Positions 53,336-63,486 of a DNA stretch of 64,000 nucleotides are shown piece by piece. The DNA comes from Candidatus Latescibacterota bacterium (GTDB lineage Bacteria; Krumholzibacteriota; Krumholzibacteriia; WVZY01), in assembly GCA_963791045.1 (NCBI GenBank), contig CAWBQK010000007.1:192001-256000 (forward strand), read 5' to 3'. Position 1 is the first letter of the stretch. Each line of letters begins with the position of its first letter. The position numbers were made by a program, and so were the translations under genes. The notes below the pieces were generated by a model. It was not told where the DNA came from. It made no database searches and saw only the letters and a program-made list of their open reading frames with translations.

Positions 53336-54466
53336 ATGAAGATCCACGAATACCAGGCCAAGGAGCTTTTCCGGAGCGAGGGGATACCGGTGCCGCGTGG
53401 CGAGGTCGCGAAGACTCCCGAGGAGGCTTTCGAGATCGCCAAGAAATACGGCACGCAGGTCGTCGTGAAATCGCAGGTTCTCGTTGGCGGCAGGGGCAAG
53501 GCGGGCGGGGTCAAGCTCGCCGATGACGCGGCCGAGGCAAAGACGCACGCCGAAGCGATTCTCGGGATGGACATCAAGGGTCTTACGGTAGACAAGGTAC
53601 TTGTCACGGAGGCCGTCGACATCGCGAAGGAGATCTATCTCGGCGTCATCATGGATCGCAAAACCCAGATGCCGCTCATCATCGCGTCCGCGGCGGGTGG
53701 CGTCGAAATCGAGGTCGTGGCCCGCGAGAATCCGGAAGCGATTCACCGCGTGGCCATCGATCCGCGGTACGGCGTGATGCCGTTCCAGGCCCGCGGGCTT
53801 GCCGGCGCGCTGCACGAGGATTTTGCCGTGGCGCGGCAGATCGCATCGATTCTCGACAAACTCTACCGTGTGTTTGACAAGACCGATTCGAGCCTCGCCG
53901 AGATCAACCCGCTGGTTGTGACGCCCGAGGGAAACGTAGTCGCGATCGACGCGAAGATCAATATCGACGACAGCGCGCTTTACCGGCAGAAAGCGATCGA
54001 GGAATTGCGCGATGTGTCCGCGGAAGATCCGGGCGAGGTTGACGCAAGGGAGGCCGACCTCTCGTTCGTTAAGCTGGAAGGGACCGTTGGGTGTGTTGTC
54101 AACGGAGCGGGACTTGCGATGGCCACCATGGATCTGATCAAAACGTACGGCGGTCAGCCTGCCAACTTCCTCGACATCGGCGGGAGTTCGAATCCGCAGA
54201 AAGTGGTTACGGCTCTCAATATCATTTTGCGCGATCCCAATGTGAAATCCATTTTCATAAATATTTTTGGAGGGATCACCCGGTGTGACGATGTTGCGCG
54301 CGGACTCGTTACGGCCTTCAAGGAACTAAACCTCGAACTCCCCGTCGTGGTCCGGCTTACCGGGACAAACGAGGAAGAGGCGAGGGTAATTCTGGCCGAG
54401 ATGAGTTTCCACACGGCTTCAACCATGGATGAAGGCGTCAACAAGGCCATCGAACTGGCGCGCTAA
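53336..54466 (+). CDS. sucC: Succinate--CoA ligase beta subunit
   Basis: [54 protein letters not shown]. Confidence 0.96.
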   Translation: MKIHEYQAKELFRSEGIPVPRGEVAKTPEEAFEIAKKYGTQVVVKSQVLVGGRGKAGGVKLADDAAEAKTHAEAILGMDIKGLTVDKVLVTEAVDIAKEIYLGVIMDRKTQMPLIIASAAGGVEIEVVARENPEAIHRVAIDPRYGVMPFQARGLAGALHEDFAVARQIASILDKLYRVFDKTDSSLAEINPLVVTPEGNVVAIDAKINIDDSALYRQKAIEELRDVSAEDPGEVDAREADLSFVKLEGTVGCVVNGAGLAMATMDLIKTYGGQPANFLDIGGSSNPQKVVTALNIILRDPNVKSIFINIFGGITRCDDVARGLVTAFKELNLELPVVVRLTGTNEEEARVILAEMSFHTASTMDEGVNKAIELAR

Positions 54467-54480
54467 AGAAGGAGTCTACG

Positions 54481-55356
54481 TTGAGTATTTTTATCAATGA
54501 AAACACGCGGCTTGTCGTCCAGGGTATCACCGGCCGGGATGGATCGTTCCATTCCGCTCAGATGCTCGAGTTTGGAACAAAACTAGTATCCGGTGTGACT
54601 CCCGGCAAAGGCGGACAACTTTTCGAGAAAAGTGTTCCCATTTTCAACACTGTAAAAGAAGCGGTTGACACGACGGGCGCCAATACATCGGTGATCTACG
54701 TTCGTGCGCCGTTCGCCGTCGACGCGATATGCGAGGCGTCCGACGCCGGCGTCGATCTTGTTGTCTGTATCAGCGAGGGCGTGCCCGTCAGGGACGTGGC
54801 GAAAGCGATACCGTTTCTCGCGGCCAGGAACACGAGGCTCATCGGACCCAACTGTCCCGGCATCATCGCGCCGGGGAAGAAGGCCAAGGTCGGTATTCTT
54901 CCGGCGAGCATTTTCAAACCGGGATCGATCGGAGTCGTTTCGAGAAGCGGAACGCTTACTTACGAAGTCGTGTTCCAGCTGACAGAGAACGGCTTTGGGC
55001 AGTCGACTTGCGTCGGTATCGGAGGGGACCCTCTCATCGGGACCAACTTCATCGATTCGCTCGACGCGTTCGAGAAGGACTCTGAGACCGAAGCGGTAGT
55101 CTTGATCGGGGAAATTGGCGGGACCGACGAACAGGAAGCCGCCGAATTCATCACAAGCAACATGTCCAAGCCGGTTGTCGGTTTTATCGCGGGGCAGACC
55201 GCTCCGGAGGGAAAACGGATGGGTCATGCCGGCGCGATCGTTTCGGGGTCGGAAGGCACCGCGAAGGAAAAAATCGAGACATTTGAAAAGGCGGGCGTCC
55301 CTGTGGCAAAAGTGCCCTCGGACATCGCAGGCCTTGTAAAAAGCGTCCTTGCTTGA
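54481..55356 (+). CDS. sucD: Succinate--CoA ligase alpha subunit
   Basis: [43 protein letters not shown]. Confidence 0.96.
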   Translation: MSIFINENTRLVVQGITGRDGSFHSAQMLEFGTKLVSGVTPGKGGQLFEKSVPIFNTVKEAVDTTGANTSVIYVRAPFAVDAICEASDAGVDLVVCISEGVPVRDVAKAIPFLAARNTRLIGPNCPGIIAPGKKAKVGILPASIFKPGSIGVVSRSGTLTYEVVFQLTENGFGQSTCVGIGGDPLIGTNFIDSLDAFEKDSETEAVVLIGEIGGTDEQEAAEFITSNMSKPVVGFIAGQTAPEGKRMGHAGAIVSGSEGTAKEKIETFEKAGVPVAKVPSDIAGLVKSVLA

Positions 55357-55466
55357 GGGCGTACCGGCCCTCGGACATCGCAGGCCTTGTAAAAAGCGTC
55401 CTTGCTTGAGGGCGTACCGGCCCTCGGACATCGCAGGCCTGGTAAAAAGCGTCCTTGCTTGAGGGC
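55314..55466. repeat. Tandem direct repeat, period 53 bp, about 2.9 copies, duplicating the sucD 3' end and stop codon
   Basis: Core GCCCTCGGACATCGCAGGCCTTGTAAAAAGCGTCCTTGCTTGAGGGC at 55314, 55367 and 55420 (one mismatch at 55441), joined by GTACCG. Confidence 0.95.
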
Positions 55467-55517
55467 CGAATGACCGGGTTGCGGTCCGGCGCCGTGAACA
55501 CAAAACAAAGGCTGGAA

Positions 55518-55919
55518 ATGAACACACTTCTGATGATCAAACCGGACATCGTGGCCGACGGGCGGTATGGGGAAGTCCTCGCTTTCGTTCTTAAGAACCG
55601 CTTCGAGGTAAAGAGCCTCCGCATGGTACATATGGATCGGAGCCGTGCCGAAGATTTTTATGGTGTCCACAAAGGAAAAGAGTTTTTCGAAGCGCTGATC
55701 GAGTACATAACCAGTGGTCCGGTGGTTGCCATCGAGATCGTTGGCGAAGACATCATTCCCAGGATTCGCGCGTTCGTCGGTGCGACGGATCCGGCCAAAG
55801 CGGAGCCGGGAACGATCAGGTATATGTATGGTAACTCTATACAAAACAATGCCGTACACGCATCCGATGCGCCGGAGTCAGCGAAAAAAGAACTTGCAAT
55901 CGTGTTCGGTGCCTCCTAA
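55518..55919 (+). CDS. ndk: Nucleoside-diphosphate kinase
   Basis: TLLMIKPD; FYGVHKGKEFF; SGPVV; GATDP..AEPGTIR; NAVHASD. Confidence 0.95.
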   Translation: MNTLLMIKPDIVADGRYGEVLAFVLKNRFEVKSLRMVHMDRSRAEDFYGVHKGKEFFEALIEYITSGPVVAIEIVGEDIIPRIRAFVGATDPAKAEPGTIRYMYGNSIQNNAVHASDAPESAKKELAIVFGAS

Positions 55920-55969
55920 ATTCGGTTCTGCGGCGTCCTCAAGCCCTGATAGACAAATGGGGTAGTGCG

Positions 55970-56488
55970 ATGAACATCGTTTTTGAAAGCCTCACCCCGG
56001 GGACACAGCATATATCAGGGGACGAAGTAATACAATTTGAGGACGTCGGAGGTAATGAGAATAAAATCGATTGCCACGTAGATCTGACCGTTCGCAAGAC
56101 CAACGATGCCATTTATGTCCACGCGGATTTAACGGGCGAGATGTCGACGTTTTGTCACAAGTGCCTCGAGCCTGCGAAATGCCGTGTTGAACCGTCTTTC
56201 GATGTCGTCTTTCGGAAGATGGACTCGGTGACAGAAGCGAGTCAAGCGACCGGTGATGAAGATTTGATCTTTGTCTCGCCCGATGATAACCAGATATCGC
56301 TGGACGGGCAAATCTACGAAAATTTGTTGGTCAACATGCCGATTCGCGTCGTTTGCAAGGACGATTGCAAAGGGCTTTGTTCGCGCTGCGGCGCGAACCT
56401 CAATTCCGGACAGTGCGATTGCGCCGAGGATATCGATCCGAGGTGGGAAGCGCTGCGAAAAATGAAAGACGACATATCAGATAAATAA
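55970..56488 (+). CDS. yceD: DUF177/YceD family protein
   Basis: CHKCLEP; CKDDCKGLCSRCGANLNSGQCDC..DPRWEAL; directly upstream of rpmF. Confidence 0.9.
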   Translation: MNIVFESLTPGTQHISGDEVIQFEDVGGNENKIDCHVDLTVRKTNDAIYVHADLTGEMSTFCHKCLEPAKCRVEPSFDVVFRKMDSVTEASQATGDEDLIFVSPDDNQISLDGQIYENLLVNMPIRVVCKDDCKGLCSRCGANLNSGQCDCAEDIDPRWEALRKMKDDISDK

Positions 56489-56507
56489 AGGATCAAAGGA
56501 GAATCCG

Positions 56508-56693
56508 ATGGCTGTTCCCAAGAGACGAACCTCAAAAGCCAGGAAGAACAAGAGAAGAGCAAACTGGAAGCTCATCAGCCCGACGTTGGGCCGTTGTTCG
56601 CACTGTCACCAATTGAAACCGCCGCACAGCGTGTGCCCCAACTGTGGTTTCTACGCAGGGCGCGAAGTCATAAAGATCGAAGAAGAGCTTTAA
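56508..56693 (+). CDS. rpmF: 50S ribosomal protein L32
   Basis: MAVPKRRTSKARKNKRRA..CSHC..PHSVCPNCGFYAGR. Confidence 0.97.
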   Translation: MAVPKRRTSKARKNKRRANWKLISPTLGRCSHCHQLKPPHSVCPNCGFYAGREVIKIEEEL

Positions 56694-56705
56694 GGCGGTG
56701 ATGAT

Positions 56706-57725
56706 TTGAGAATCGCTGTTGACGCGATGGGGGGAGACCGTGGTCCCGAAATCGTCGCAAGGGCCGCCGTTGAAGCGGCTAAAAGCGATCCGTCAAATCT
56801 CACCATGGTAATTGTTGGTGACGGACAACGTCTCGAATCGATTCTCGGCGATATCGCGTCTGTGCCGGCGAATGTCGAGATCGTCCACGCGTCGGAAACT
56901 GTTGGAATGTCCGAAGCGCCCGCCCTTGCCATCCGCAAAAAGAAAGACTCGTCGATAGCCGTCGCGCTCGGACTCATGAAAGATCGCTCGGTCGATGGTA
57001 TCGTGAGCGCCGGCAACACCGGGGCCATGGTCGGCGGATCGCTGGTGACACTCGGGCGCCTTCACGGTGTGACGAGACCGGGGCTTGCGATGTTCTACCC
57101 AACCAAATCGGGGTGGGTTGTCGTTCTCGACATCGGGGCCAACTCAACTTGCGTTCCCCAGAATCTCTACCAGTTCGGAATTATGGGCTCGATATTCGCG
57201 GAATGTCATCTCGATGTCAGTAATCCGCGGGTTGGGCTACTGAACATCGGGGAAGAGAGCAGCAAGGGGACGGAGATCGTCAAAGAAGCCTATCAGCTAC
57301 TCAAACACGGCAATTTGAATTTCGTCGGCAACGTCGAAGGTGGGGATGTGTTCGGAGGAGGTGTGGACGTTGTGGTTTGTGACGGCTTTGTCGGCAATAT
57401 TCTCCTCAAGTTTGGTGAAAGTATCGTGGGGATCACGACAAATTTGCTCCGCGAGGAAATCAAGCGAAGCCTCCTGGCAAAGCTCGGAGCGGTTCTCATG
57501 AAACGTGTGTTCTCGACATTTCGCTCTCGACTCGATTACGCGGAGTTTGGCGGCGCGCCGCTTTTGGGTATCAACGGAGTGATTATTATTTGTCACGGCA
57601 AAAGTTCGGTCCGCGCGATTCGCAACGGGATAAACATGGCGCGACGGTTTGTCGAATACGATGTCAACAAACATATAGAAGAACGTTTTATAAAAACGGC
57701 GGATAACGTTGCAAAAGAGTCTTAG
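56706..57725 (+). CDS. plsX: Phosphate acyltransferase PlsX
   Basis: IAVDAMGGD; SAGNTGA; LDIGAN; GLLNIGEESSKG; DGFVGNI; GGAPLLG. Confidence 0.96.
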   Translation: MRIAVDAMGGDRGPEIVARAAVEAAKSDPSNLTMVIVGDGQRLESILGDIASVPANVEIVHASETVGMSEAPALAIRKKKDSSIAVALGLMKDRSVDGIVSAGNTGAMVGGSLVTLGRLHGVTRPGLAMFYPTKSGWVVVLDIGANSTCVPQNLYQFGIMGSIFAECHLDVSNPRVGLLNIGEESSKGTEIVKEAYQLLKHGNLNFVGNVEGGDVFGGGVDVVVCDGFVGNILLKFGESIVGITTNLLREEIKRSLLAKLGAVLMKRVFSTFRSRLDYAEFGGAPLLGINGVIIICHGKSSVRAIRNGINMARRFVEYDVNKHIEERFIKTADNVAKES

Positions 57726-58704
57726 GGGATCAAAGATAACCGGGACGGGGCGCTACACTCCGGAAAAGGTGCTGACCAACTTCGATCTGGAGAAGATGGT
57801 TGATACCACCGACGAGTGGATCGTGACCCGGACGGGGATCCGCGAGCGTCGAATCGCCGCGCCTTCCCAGGCAACGTCGGATATCGCCATCCCCGCAGCG
57901 AGGGCGGCGCTCGAAAGCGCCGGTGTCGATGCGAGGGAACTCGACGGGATCATCCTCGCGACCGTCCTCGGTGACATGGTGTTTCCCGCCACCGCTTGCC
58001 TCGTCCAGAATGCCATTGGAGCGACGAATGCCGCCGCGTTCGATATCAATGCGGCGTGCAGCGGATTTATCTTCGGAATCAACCAGGCCCATGCACTGAT
58101 TTCATCCGGACAGATGGATAAAGTTCTCGTCATCGGCGTGGAAGTTTTGAGCAAAATTACGGATTGGTCGGACCGGGCCACTTGCGTGCTGTTCGGTGAC
58201 GGCGGTGGGGCGGTGGTCGTCGAGGCGTGTCCGGCGGGCGAGGGAATTCTCGGAACGTTTATGAAGAGTGACGGAAACCTCGCCGAGCTTCTCCACATTC
58301 CCGCCGGCGGGACGCGGATTCCGATTTCCAGCGACGCGATCGATCGGCGCGACCATCTGATAAAAATGAAGGGCGACGGTGTTTTCAGGTACGCCGTGCG
58401 CGCGATGGAGGACGCGACGAGTCATGTTCTCGATCAGGCGGGCCTGTCGATTGAGGACCTGGATTTGTTCATTCCGCACCAGGCCAATGTAAGAATTATA
58501 GATGCCGTTCGAAGGCGGCTCAAACTGCCGAACGAAAAAGTGATTGTAAACATAGACAAATATGGAAATTCATCGGCTGGGACTATTCCGATAGCCTTAG
58601 ACGAGGTGGCGCGGAACCGGGGACTCAATGAGGGAGACCTCGTGCTACTCGTCGCCTTTGGCGGCGGCCTCACATGGGGCGCCGTGCTTTTTCGAAACGT
58701 GTAG
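57709..58704 (+). CDS. fabH: 3-oxoacyl-ACP synthase III
   Basis: WIVTRTGIRERR; DINAACSGF; LFGDG; PHQAN; YGNSS; FGGGLTWG. Confidence 0.96.
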   Translation: MQKSLRGSKITGTGRYTPEKVLTNFDLEKMVDTTDEWIVTRTGIRERRIAAPSQATSDIAIPAARAALESAGVDARELDGIILATVLGDMVFPATACLVQNAIGATNAAAFDINAACSGFIFGINQAHALISSGQMDKVLVIGVEVLSKITDWSDRATCVLFGDGGGAVVVEACPAGEGILGTFMKSDGNLAELLHIPAGGTRIPISSDAIDRRDHLIKMKGDGVFRYAVRAMEDATSHVLDQAGLSIEDLDLFIPHQANVRIIDAVRRRLKLPNEKVIVNIDKYGNSSAGTIPIALDEVARNRGLNEGDLVLLVAFGGGLTWGAVLFRNV

Positions 58705-58764
58705 CCGGAACGCAGCGAGTCGGCTGACGGACGATTCAACCAGAACTTCAGGAGAAATATCTCA

Positions 58765-59694
58765 ATGGATTGTGCGATGCTTTTTCCCGGACAGGCGTCC
58801 CAGTACGTCGGAATGGGCCGGGACTACTATGATGCTTGCGAGAACGTGCGCGCCACGTATGACGAGGCCAACCGTGCGCTCGGGTTTGACATCAGGGGCC
58901 TTTCGTTCGAGGGTGACCTCGAAGAGCTTACAAAGACACACAATGCGCAGCCGGCGATTCTGGTCCACAGCGTCGCCGTATATCGCGCACTCGTCGAGAA
59001 GGGATTCAATCCAAAAGTGGTCGCCGGGCACAGCCTCGGCGAGTTTTCGGCGCTGGTCGCCGCGGGTTACTTCGAGTATCTCGATGCGCTTCTCATCGTA
59101 AGAAAGAGGGGCGAGTTGATGTACGAGGCCGGTCTCGAGAAGCCCGGTACGATGGCGGCGATAATCGGGATGAACGAAGAGCAGGTCCGGGAATGCGTCG
59201 AAGAGGCGTCGAGCACCGGGGTTGTCGTTATCGCCAACCTCAATTCGCCGGCCCAGTACGCGATCTCGGGAGAGGTCGATGCGATAGACAAAGCGGTGGA
59301 GGTTGCCAAGGAACGGGGAGCCAAACGCGCGATGCGGCTGCAAGTTAGCGGGGCATTCCATTCGCCGTTGATGGGGAAAACGTCGGAGGCCCTGACGGCC
59401 TACATCCAGAAATTTAAAAAGGGCCGTCTTGGCGTGTCGTGGATCGCGAATGTTACCGGAACCGCCGTGACGGACGACCAACGCGTGCCGGAACTGCTTT
59501 CAAAACAACTTTCATCGCCGGTCCAGTGGGTCAAGAGCATGCAGACGCTCTCCGATATCTACGAGGGATCGGTTTTCGAGGTAGGCCCTGGAAAGGTGCT
59601 CACGGGGCTGATGAAGAGGATATGCGGCGAACTGCCCGTTGTTTCCCTGACCGATGTCGGGAGCCTTCAGGCCGCGCTTGAGATGCGGAAATAG
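58765..59694 (+). CDS. fabD: Malonyl-CoA:ACP transacylase
   Basis: FPGQASQ; QPAI; GHSLGE; VSGAFHS; EVGPGKVL. Confidence 0.96.
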   Translation: MDCAMLFPGQASQYVGMGRDYYDACENVRATYDEANRALGFDIRGLSFEGDLEELTKTHNAQPAILVHSVAVYRALVEKGFNPKVVAGHSLGEFSALVAAGYFEYLDALLIVRKRGELMYEAGLEKPGTMAAIIGMNEEQVRECVEEASSTGVVVIANLNSPAQYAISGEVDAIDKAVEVAKERGAKRAMRLQVSGAFHSPLMGKTSEALTAYIQKFKKGRLGVSWIANVTGTAVTDDQRVPELLSKQLSSPVQWVKSMQTLSDIYEGSVFEVGPGKVLTGLMKRICGELPVVSLTDVGSLQAALEMRK

Positions 59695-59790
59695 TCTTTT
59701 CTGTGTCGCGCCCCCGGCGATTCAACAACTTTTTGTTTGACCGGGAGGGCATGTTCTGATTATAAAATGGCGAGAAATCGGGAGGAATCC

Positions 59791-60534
59791 ATGGAACACT
59801 CGGGAAAAATCGCGTTCGTCACAGGCGGGTCGCGCGGTATCGGAAAAGAGATTTCACTGTCTCTGGCAAAGGCCGGAGCCGATGTTGCGATCGCTGATAT
59901 AATGGAATCCGAGGCCCAGGTCACGGCCGGTGAACTCGGCGAGCTCGGCATCCGCGCAAAAGGGTATGGATGCGATGTGTCGTCGTTCGAAGATGTCGAA
60001 CGGGTCGGCAAGGCGGTCCTCGATGATTTCGGCAAGGTTGATTTTCTGGTCAACAACGCCGGCATCACCAGGGACAAGCTCCTTCTCCGGATGAAACCCG
60101 AGGATTGGGGCCAGGTTATCGATGTCAACCTCACCGGCGTTTTCAATGTTGTCAAAGTGTTCTCGCCGTCCATGCTAAAGCAAAAGACGGGCAAGATCGT
60201 CAACATCAGTTCGGTGATCGGTCAGATGGGGAACGCCGGACAGTCGAATTACTCGGCGAGCAAGGCCGGTGTTATCGGTCTGACAAAATCGCTCGCCCGT
60301 GAATTCGCTCCGCGCGGGATAACGGTTAACGCCGTCGCTCCCGGGTTTATCCAGACGGCCATGACCGACAAACTCAGCGATGAGGTCAGAGAGCAACTTC
60401 TTGGTTCGATCCCATTGGGCCGTCTCGGTACCGTCGAAGATGTGGCGAATATAGTTATGTTTTTGTTTTCTGAAATGGCTGATTATGTTACCGGTCAGGT
60501 CGTCAACTGTGACGGCGGAATGGTAATGGCGTAA
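59791..60534 (+). CDS. fabG: 3-oxoacyl-ACP reductase
   Basis: TGGSRGIG; VNNAGITRD; NYSASKAG; VAPGFI; GGAGG RBS. Confidence 0.96.
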   Translation: MEHSGKIAFVTGGSRGIGKEISLSLAKAGADVAIADIMESEAQVTAGELGELGIRAKGYGCDVSSFEDVERVGKAVLDDFGKVDFLVNNAGITRDKLLLRMKPEDWGQVIDVNLTGVFNVVKVFSPSMLKQKTGKIVNISSVIGQMGNAGQSNYSASKAGVIGLTKSLAREFAPRGITVNAVAPGFIQTAMTDKLSDEVREQLLGSIPLGRLGTVEDVANIVMFLFSEMADYVTGQVVNCDGGMVMA

Positions 60535-60561
60535 ACTGTATATTCAGGAGGTGTCTGTTAC

Positions 60562-60798
60562 ATGTCGAGCAACGAAGAAAAAGTCAAAAAGATCATCGAG
60601 GAAAAACTTTCGGTTAACGCCGATCAGATCACACTCGAAGCCAAGTTCGCCGAAGATTTGAAAGCCGACTCCCTCGACACGGTCGAGTTGGTTATGGCGC
60701 TCGAGGATGAGTTCGGGCTTGATATCCCCGATGAAGAAGCCGACAAAATCAAGACCGTTGGTGACGCGATCAAATATATCGAAAGTAAACAAGGCTAG
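60562..60798 (+). CDS. acpP: Acyl carrier protein
   Basis: [26 protein letters not shown]. Confidence 0.97.
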   Translation: MSSNEEKVKKIIEEKLSVNADQITLEAKFAEDLKADSLDTVELVMALEDEFGLDIPDEEADKIKTVGDAIKYIESKQG

Positions 60799-60848
60799 TA
60801 TATCGGCGCCGAGGATAGCGGCGCCAAAAACCCACCGGGAGTTGGGAT

Positions 60849-62099
60849 ATGAGCGATTCAGGCGGATCCAAACGCGTCGTTATCACTGGGATGGGAACCG
60901 CGACCGCGGCGGGCCTGTCCGTCGATGACATGTGGTCTGGTTTTCTGGCGGGGAAGAGTTCGGTTTCAAGGATCGAATGTTTTGACACGACTGCTTACGC
61001 GTCAAAAATCGGTTCGGAGATCAAGAATTTCGACCCGATGGATTTCATGGATCCCAAGGATGCGAAACACACGGATCGCTCCGTCCACCTGGCCGCTTGC
61101 GCGGCGCGAGAGTGTCTCAAGGACCACCCGATCGATAAATATGACCGCAACCGGGTGGGTGTTGTCATCGGTTCGGGTATTGGTGGAATCGCCACGCTCG
61201 AACGCCAGCACAAGATTCTTCTCAAGCGCGGTCCGGGGAAACTGAGCCCGTTTTTTATTCCGATGATGATCGCGGACATGGCGTCGGGCCACGTCTCGAT
61301 CGTCTATGGGTTCAAGGGTCCGAATTATGCGGCCGTGTCGGCGTGCTCGTCCGCCGGGAATGCGATTGCTGATTCCTTCATGCTCATCAAGTCGGGATTG
61401 GCCGACGCCGTTTTGACCGGTGGGACGGAGGCGGGCATCACCGAGACATCGCTCGGCGGCTTTTGCGCATTGAGGGCGCTGTCAACACGGAACGACGAGC
61501 CCGAAAAAGCGTCACGCCCGTTCGACGCCGAGCGCGATGGATTTGTTCTTGGAGAAGGGTCGGGAATCATATTTCTCGAAGAACTCGAACATGCCAGAAA
61601 ATACGGGTCCCCTATACTTGCCGAACTTGTCGGGGTTGGTTTAACCGGTGACGCATACCACATGACATCGCCGCCGCCTGACGGAGACGGCGCGATAAGG
61701 GCGATGAAGGCCGCGCTGGACGTCGCCGGTATCGGGCCCGCCGAGATCGGATATATCAACGCGCACGGAACGAGTACCAAACTCAACGACGCGGCTGAAT
61801 CCGCCGGGATAAAAAAAGTGTTTGGTGAGCACGCCAGGTCTCTCAAAGTGAGTTCGACCAAGTCGATGACCGGGCACCTTCTGGGCGCCGGCGCCGCGGT
61901 CGAACTTATCGCGTGCATTCTGGCGATTCGCGACGGCAAGATTCCTCCGACGATCAATTATGAGAATCCCGATCCCGAATGCGATCTCGAGTATGTGCCG
62001 AACCAGGCGATCGATTGCGATTTTGATACCGCGCTCTCGAACTCGTTTGGATTTGGCGGTCATAACTGTTCTCTCATTGTAAAACGCTTCGTTCCCTAG
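60849..62099 (+). CDS. fabF: 3-oxoacyl-ACP synthase II
   Basis: SACSS; SRPFD..RDGFV; INAHGTST; STKSMTGHLLGA; SNSFGFGG. Confidence 0.96.
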   Translation: MSDSGGSKRVVITGMGTATAAGLSVDDMWSGFLAGKSSVSRIECFDTTAYASKIGSEIKNFDPMDFMDPKDAKHTDRSVHLAACAARECLKDHPIDKYDRNRVGVVIGSGIGGIATLERQHKILLKRGPGKLSPFFIPMMIADMASGHVSIVYGFKGPNYAAVSACSSAGNAIADSFMLIKSGLADAVLTGGTEAGITETSLGGFCALRALSTRNDEPEKASRPFDAERDGFVLGEGSGIIFLEELEHARKYGSPILAELVGVGLTGDAYHMTSPPPDGDGAIRAMKAALDVAGIGPAEIGYINAHGTSTKLNDAAESAGIKKVFGEHARSLKVSSTKSMTGHLLGAGAAVELIACILAIRDGKIPPTINYENPDPECDLEYVPNQAIDCDFDTALSNSFGFGGHNCSLIVKRFVP

Positions 62100-62104
62100 C
62101 TCGA

Positions 62105-62899
62105 ATGTCATTCTTCAACTTTGATTTTACGCGACGAATTCTGGCGCGTTTCCAACGCGCAAAAGGGCATCGTATCGATGCCGATTCGTTGTCAAGGTTA
62201 GAGACGATCCTTGAGTATACCTTCCAGAACCGCTCGCTTCTCGTCGGCGCGTTGATGCACCGTTCTTATTTGTCGCGCGATGGCGTCGATACCGGTGATT
62301 TGAGTTCCAACGAACGCATGGAGTTTCTCGGAGACGCCGTCCTCTCCCTCGTGGTTAACGAGTATCTCTACCGCTCGTACACGGAGAAGCGGGAGGGCGA
62401 GTTGACGAAGATGAAGTCGGTTATCGTCAGCGAATCGATTCTCTCTCACTATGCGCGGATTCACAGGCTCGGCGAGTTCATTCTCTTGAGTGAAAACGCT
62501 CTCAAGGCGGGTGTCGACGAGACGGATAGCGTGCTTGCCGATACGCTGGAGGCGATTTTTGGCGCCGTGTTCCTCGACGGCGGTTTTGCCGCGGCCAGGG
62601 CGTGTATTCGCCGGCTCCTTCTGTCCGATGTCGGCGAAATCTTCGAGGGCGAGGACAACATCAACTTCAAAAGCCTCCTCCAGGAGTATATACAGGCTCT
62701 CCACAAAATTCCGCCTCGCTACCGGGTGGACTCCACGGCTGGGCCGGAACACCAGAAAGAGTTTTCCGTTGAGGTCAGTGTGCGCGGCCAGGTGCTGGGG
62801 GCGGGAAACGGGAAAACGAAGAAACTCGCCGAGCAAGAGGCGGCCAAGACGGCCTACAAAAAGCTGATGAATACTGATGGTATCGTAGAACCCCACTGA
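62105..62899 (+). CDS. rnc: Ribonuclease III
   Basis: ALMHRSY; NERMEFLGDAVL; ADTLEAIFGA; dsRBD KSLLQE..GPEH..G.GKTKKLAEQ. Confidence 0.96.
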   Translation: MSFFNFDFTRRILARFQRAKGHRIDADSLSRLETILEYTFQNRSLLVGALMHRSYLSRDGVDTGDLSSNERMEFLGDAVLSLVVNEYLYRSYTEKREGELTKMKSVIVSESILSHYARIHRLGEFILLSENALKAGVDETDSVLADTLEAIFGAVFLDGGFAAARACIRRLLLSDVGEIFEGEDNINFKSLLQEYIQALHKIPPRYRVDSTAGPEHQKEFSVEVSVRGQVLGAGNGKTKKLAEQEAAKTAYKKLMNTDGIVEPH

Positions 62900-62941
62900 T
62901 GCCGCAGAGCGGCGGCACGGTTAATGCAGGTTGGGGATAAT

Positions 62942-63430
62942 ATGGGCAGACCTGAGATAAAGATCCCCAATCCCCGGTTCGTTTACGGTGGTGAACTGGA
63001 GGGTTTGTGCCGCGAGTGCCAGCTCCCGTGCACGCTTGAAGAAACGAGCATCGATTGTCTCCGCCGCTTTTTTCTCCAGGGTTTTCTCCAGTGCACCTAT
63101 TTCGTCGGTGGGCACTGTTTCCTCATCGACACGCCCGGTTGTGTTTTTGACAACGGGGGAAACCACGAAAACTACTGGATGAATTTGCTCAACCAGTATT
63201 ACCACAATGTTGGGGATGTTGAAACTCGCGATCCGGACTTCGTCCGGCGAATCGAAGATCTCAAACGTCTCGTGACCGATCAGATCGATGGCCGCCGGGT
63301 GTCGCTTTGCCGTTACCTCGAAGAAATCTATAACCGGATCATGGAGACGGGGGGTGGTATGGGTGAAGAAATGATGGAGAAGCTCGACGAGGCATACATG
63401 GCGCTTCTCGCGGGAAGGTCGAGGAAATAG
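62942..63430 (+). CDS. Cys-rich hypothetical protein
   Basis: Intact ORF with typical codon usage between rnc and a terminator; CRECQLPC plus five more Cys; an alternative start at 62924 is possible. Confidence 0.65.
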   Translation: MGRPEIKIPNPRFVYGGELEGLCRECQLPCTLEETSIDCLRRFFLQGFLQCTYFVGGHCFLIDTPGCVFDNGGNHENYWMNLLNQYYHNVGDVETRDPDFVRRIEDLKRLVTDQIDGRRVSLCRYLEEIYNRIMETGGGMGEEMMEKLDEAYMALLAGRSRK

Positions 63431-63455
63431 CGGGCAACAAAACGAGCGAGAGACG

Positions 63456-63482
63456 GCGACCCCCATAGGGGCGCTTTTTTTT
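63456..63482 (+). terminator. Probable intrinsic terminator between convergent genes
   Basis: GCG(A)CCCC-CATA-GGGGCGC followed by T8. Confidence 0.65.
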
Positions 63483-63486
63483 GTGT

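Noticed and set aside
55314-55466. Possible CRISPR array
   Set aside because: The units are separated by an identical 6-nt linker rather than unique spacers, the repeat is the sucD coding end, and no cas genes are present.
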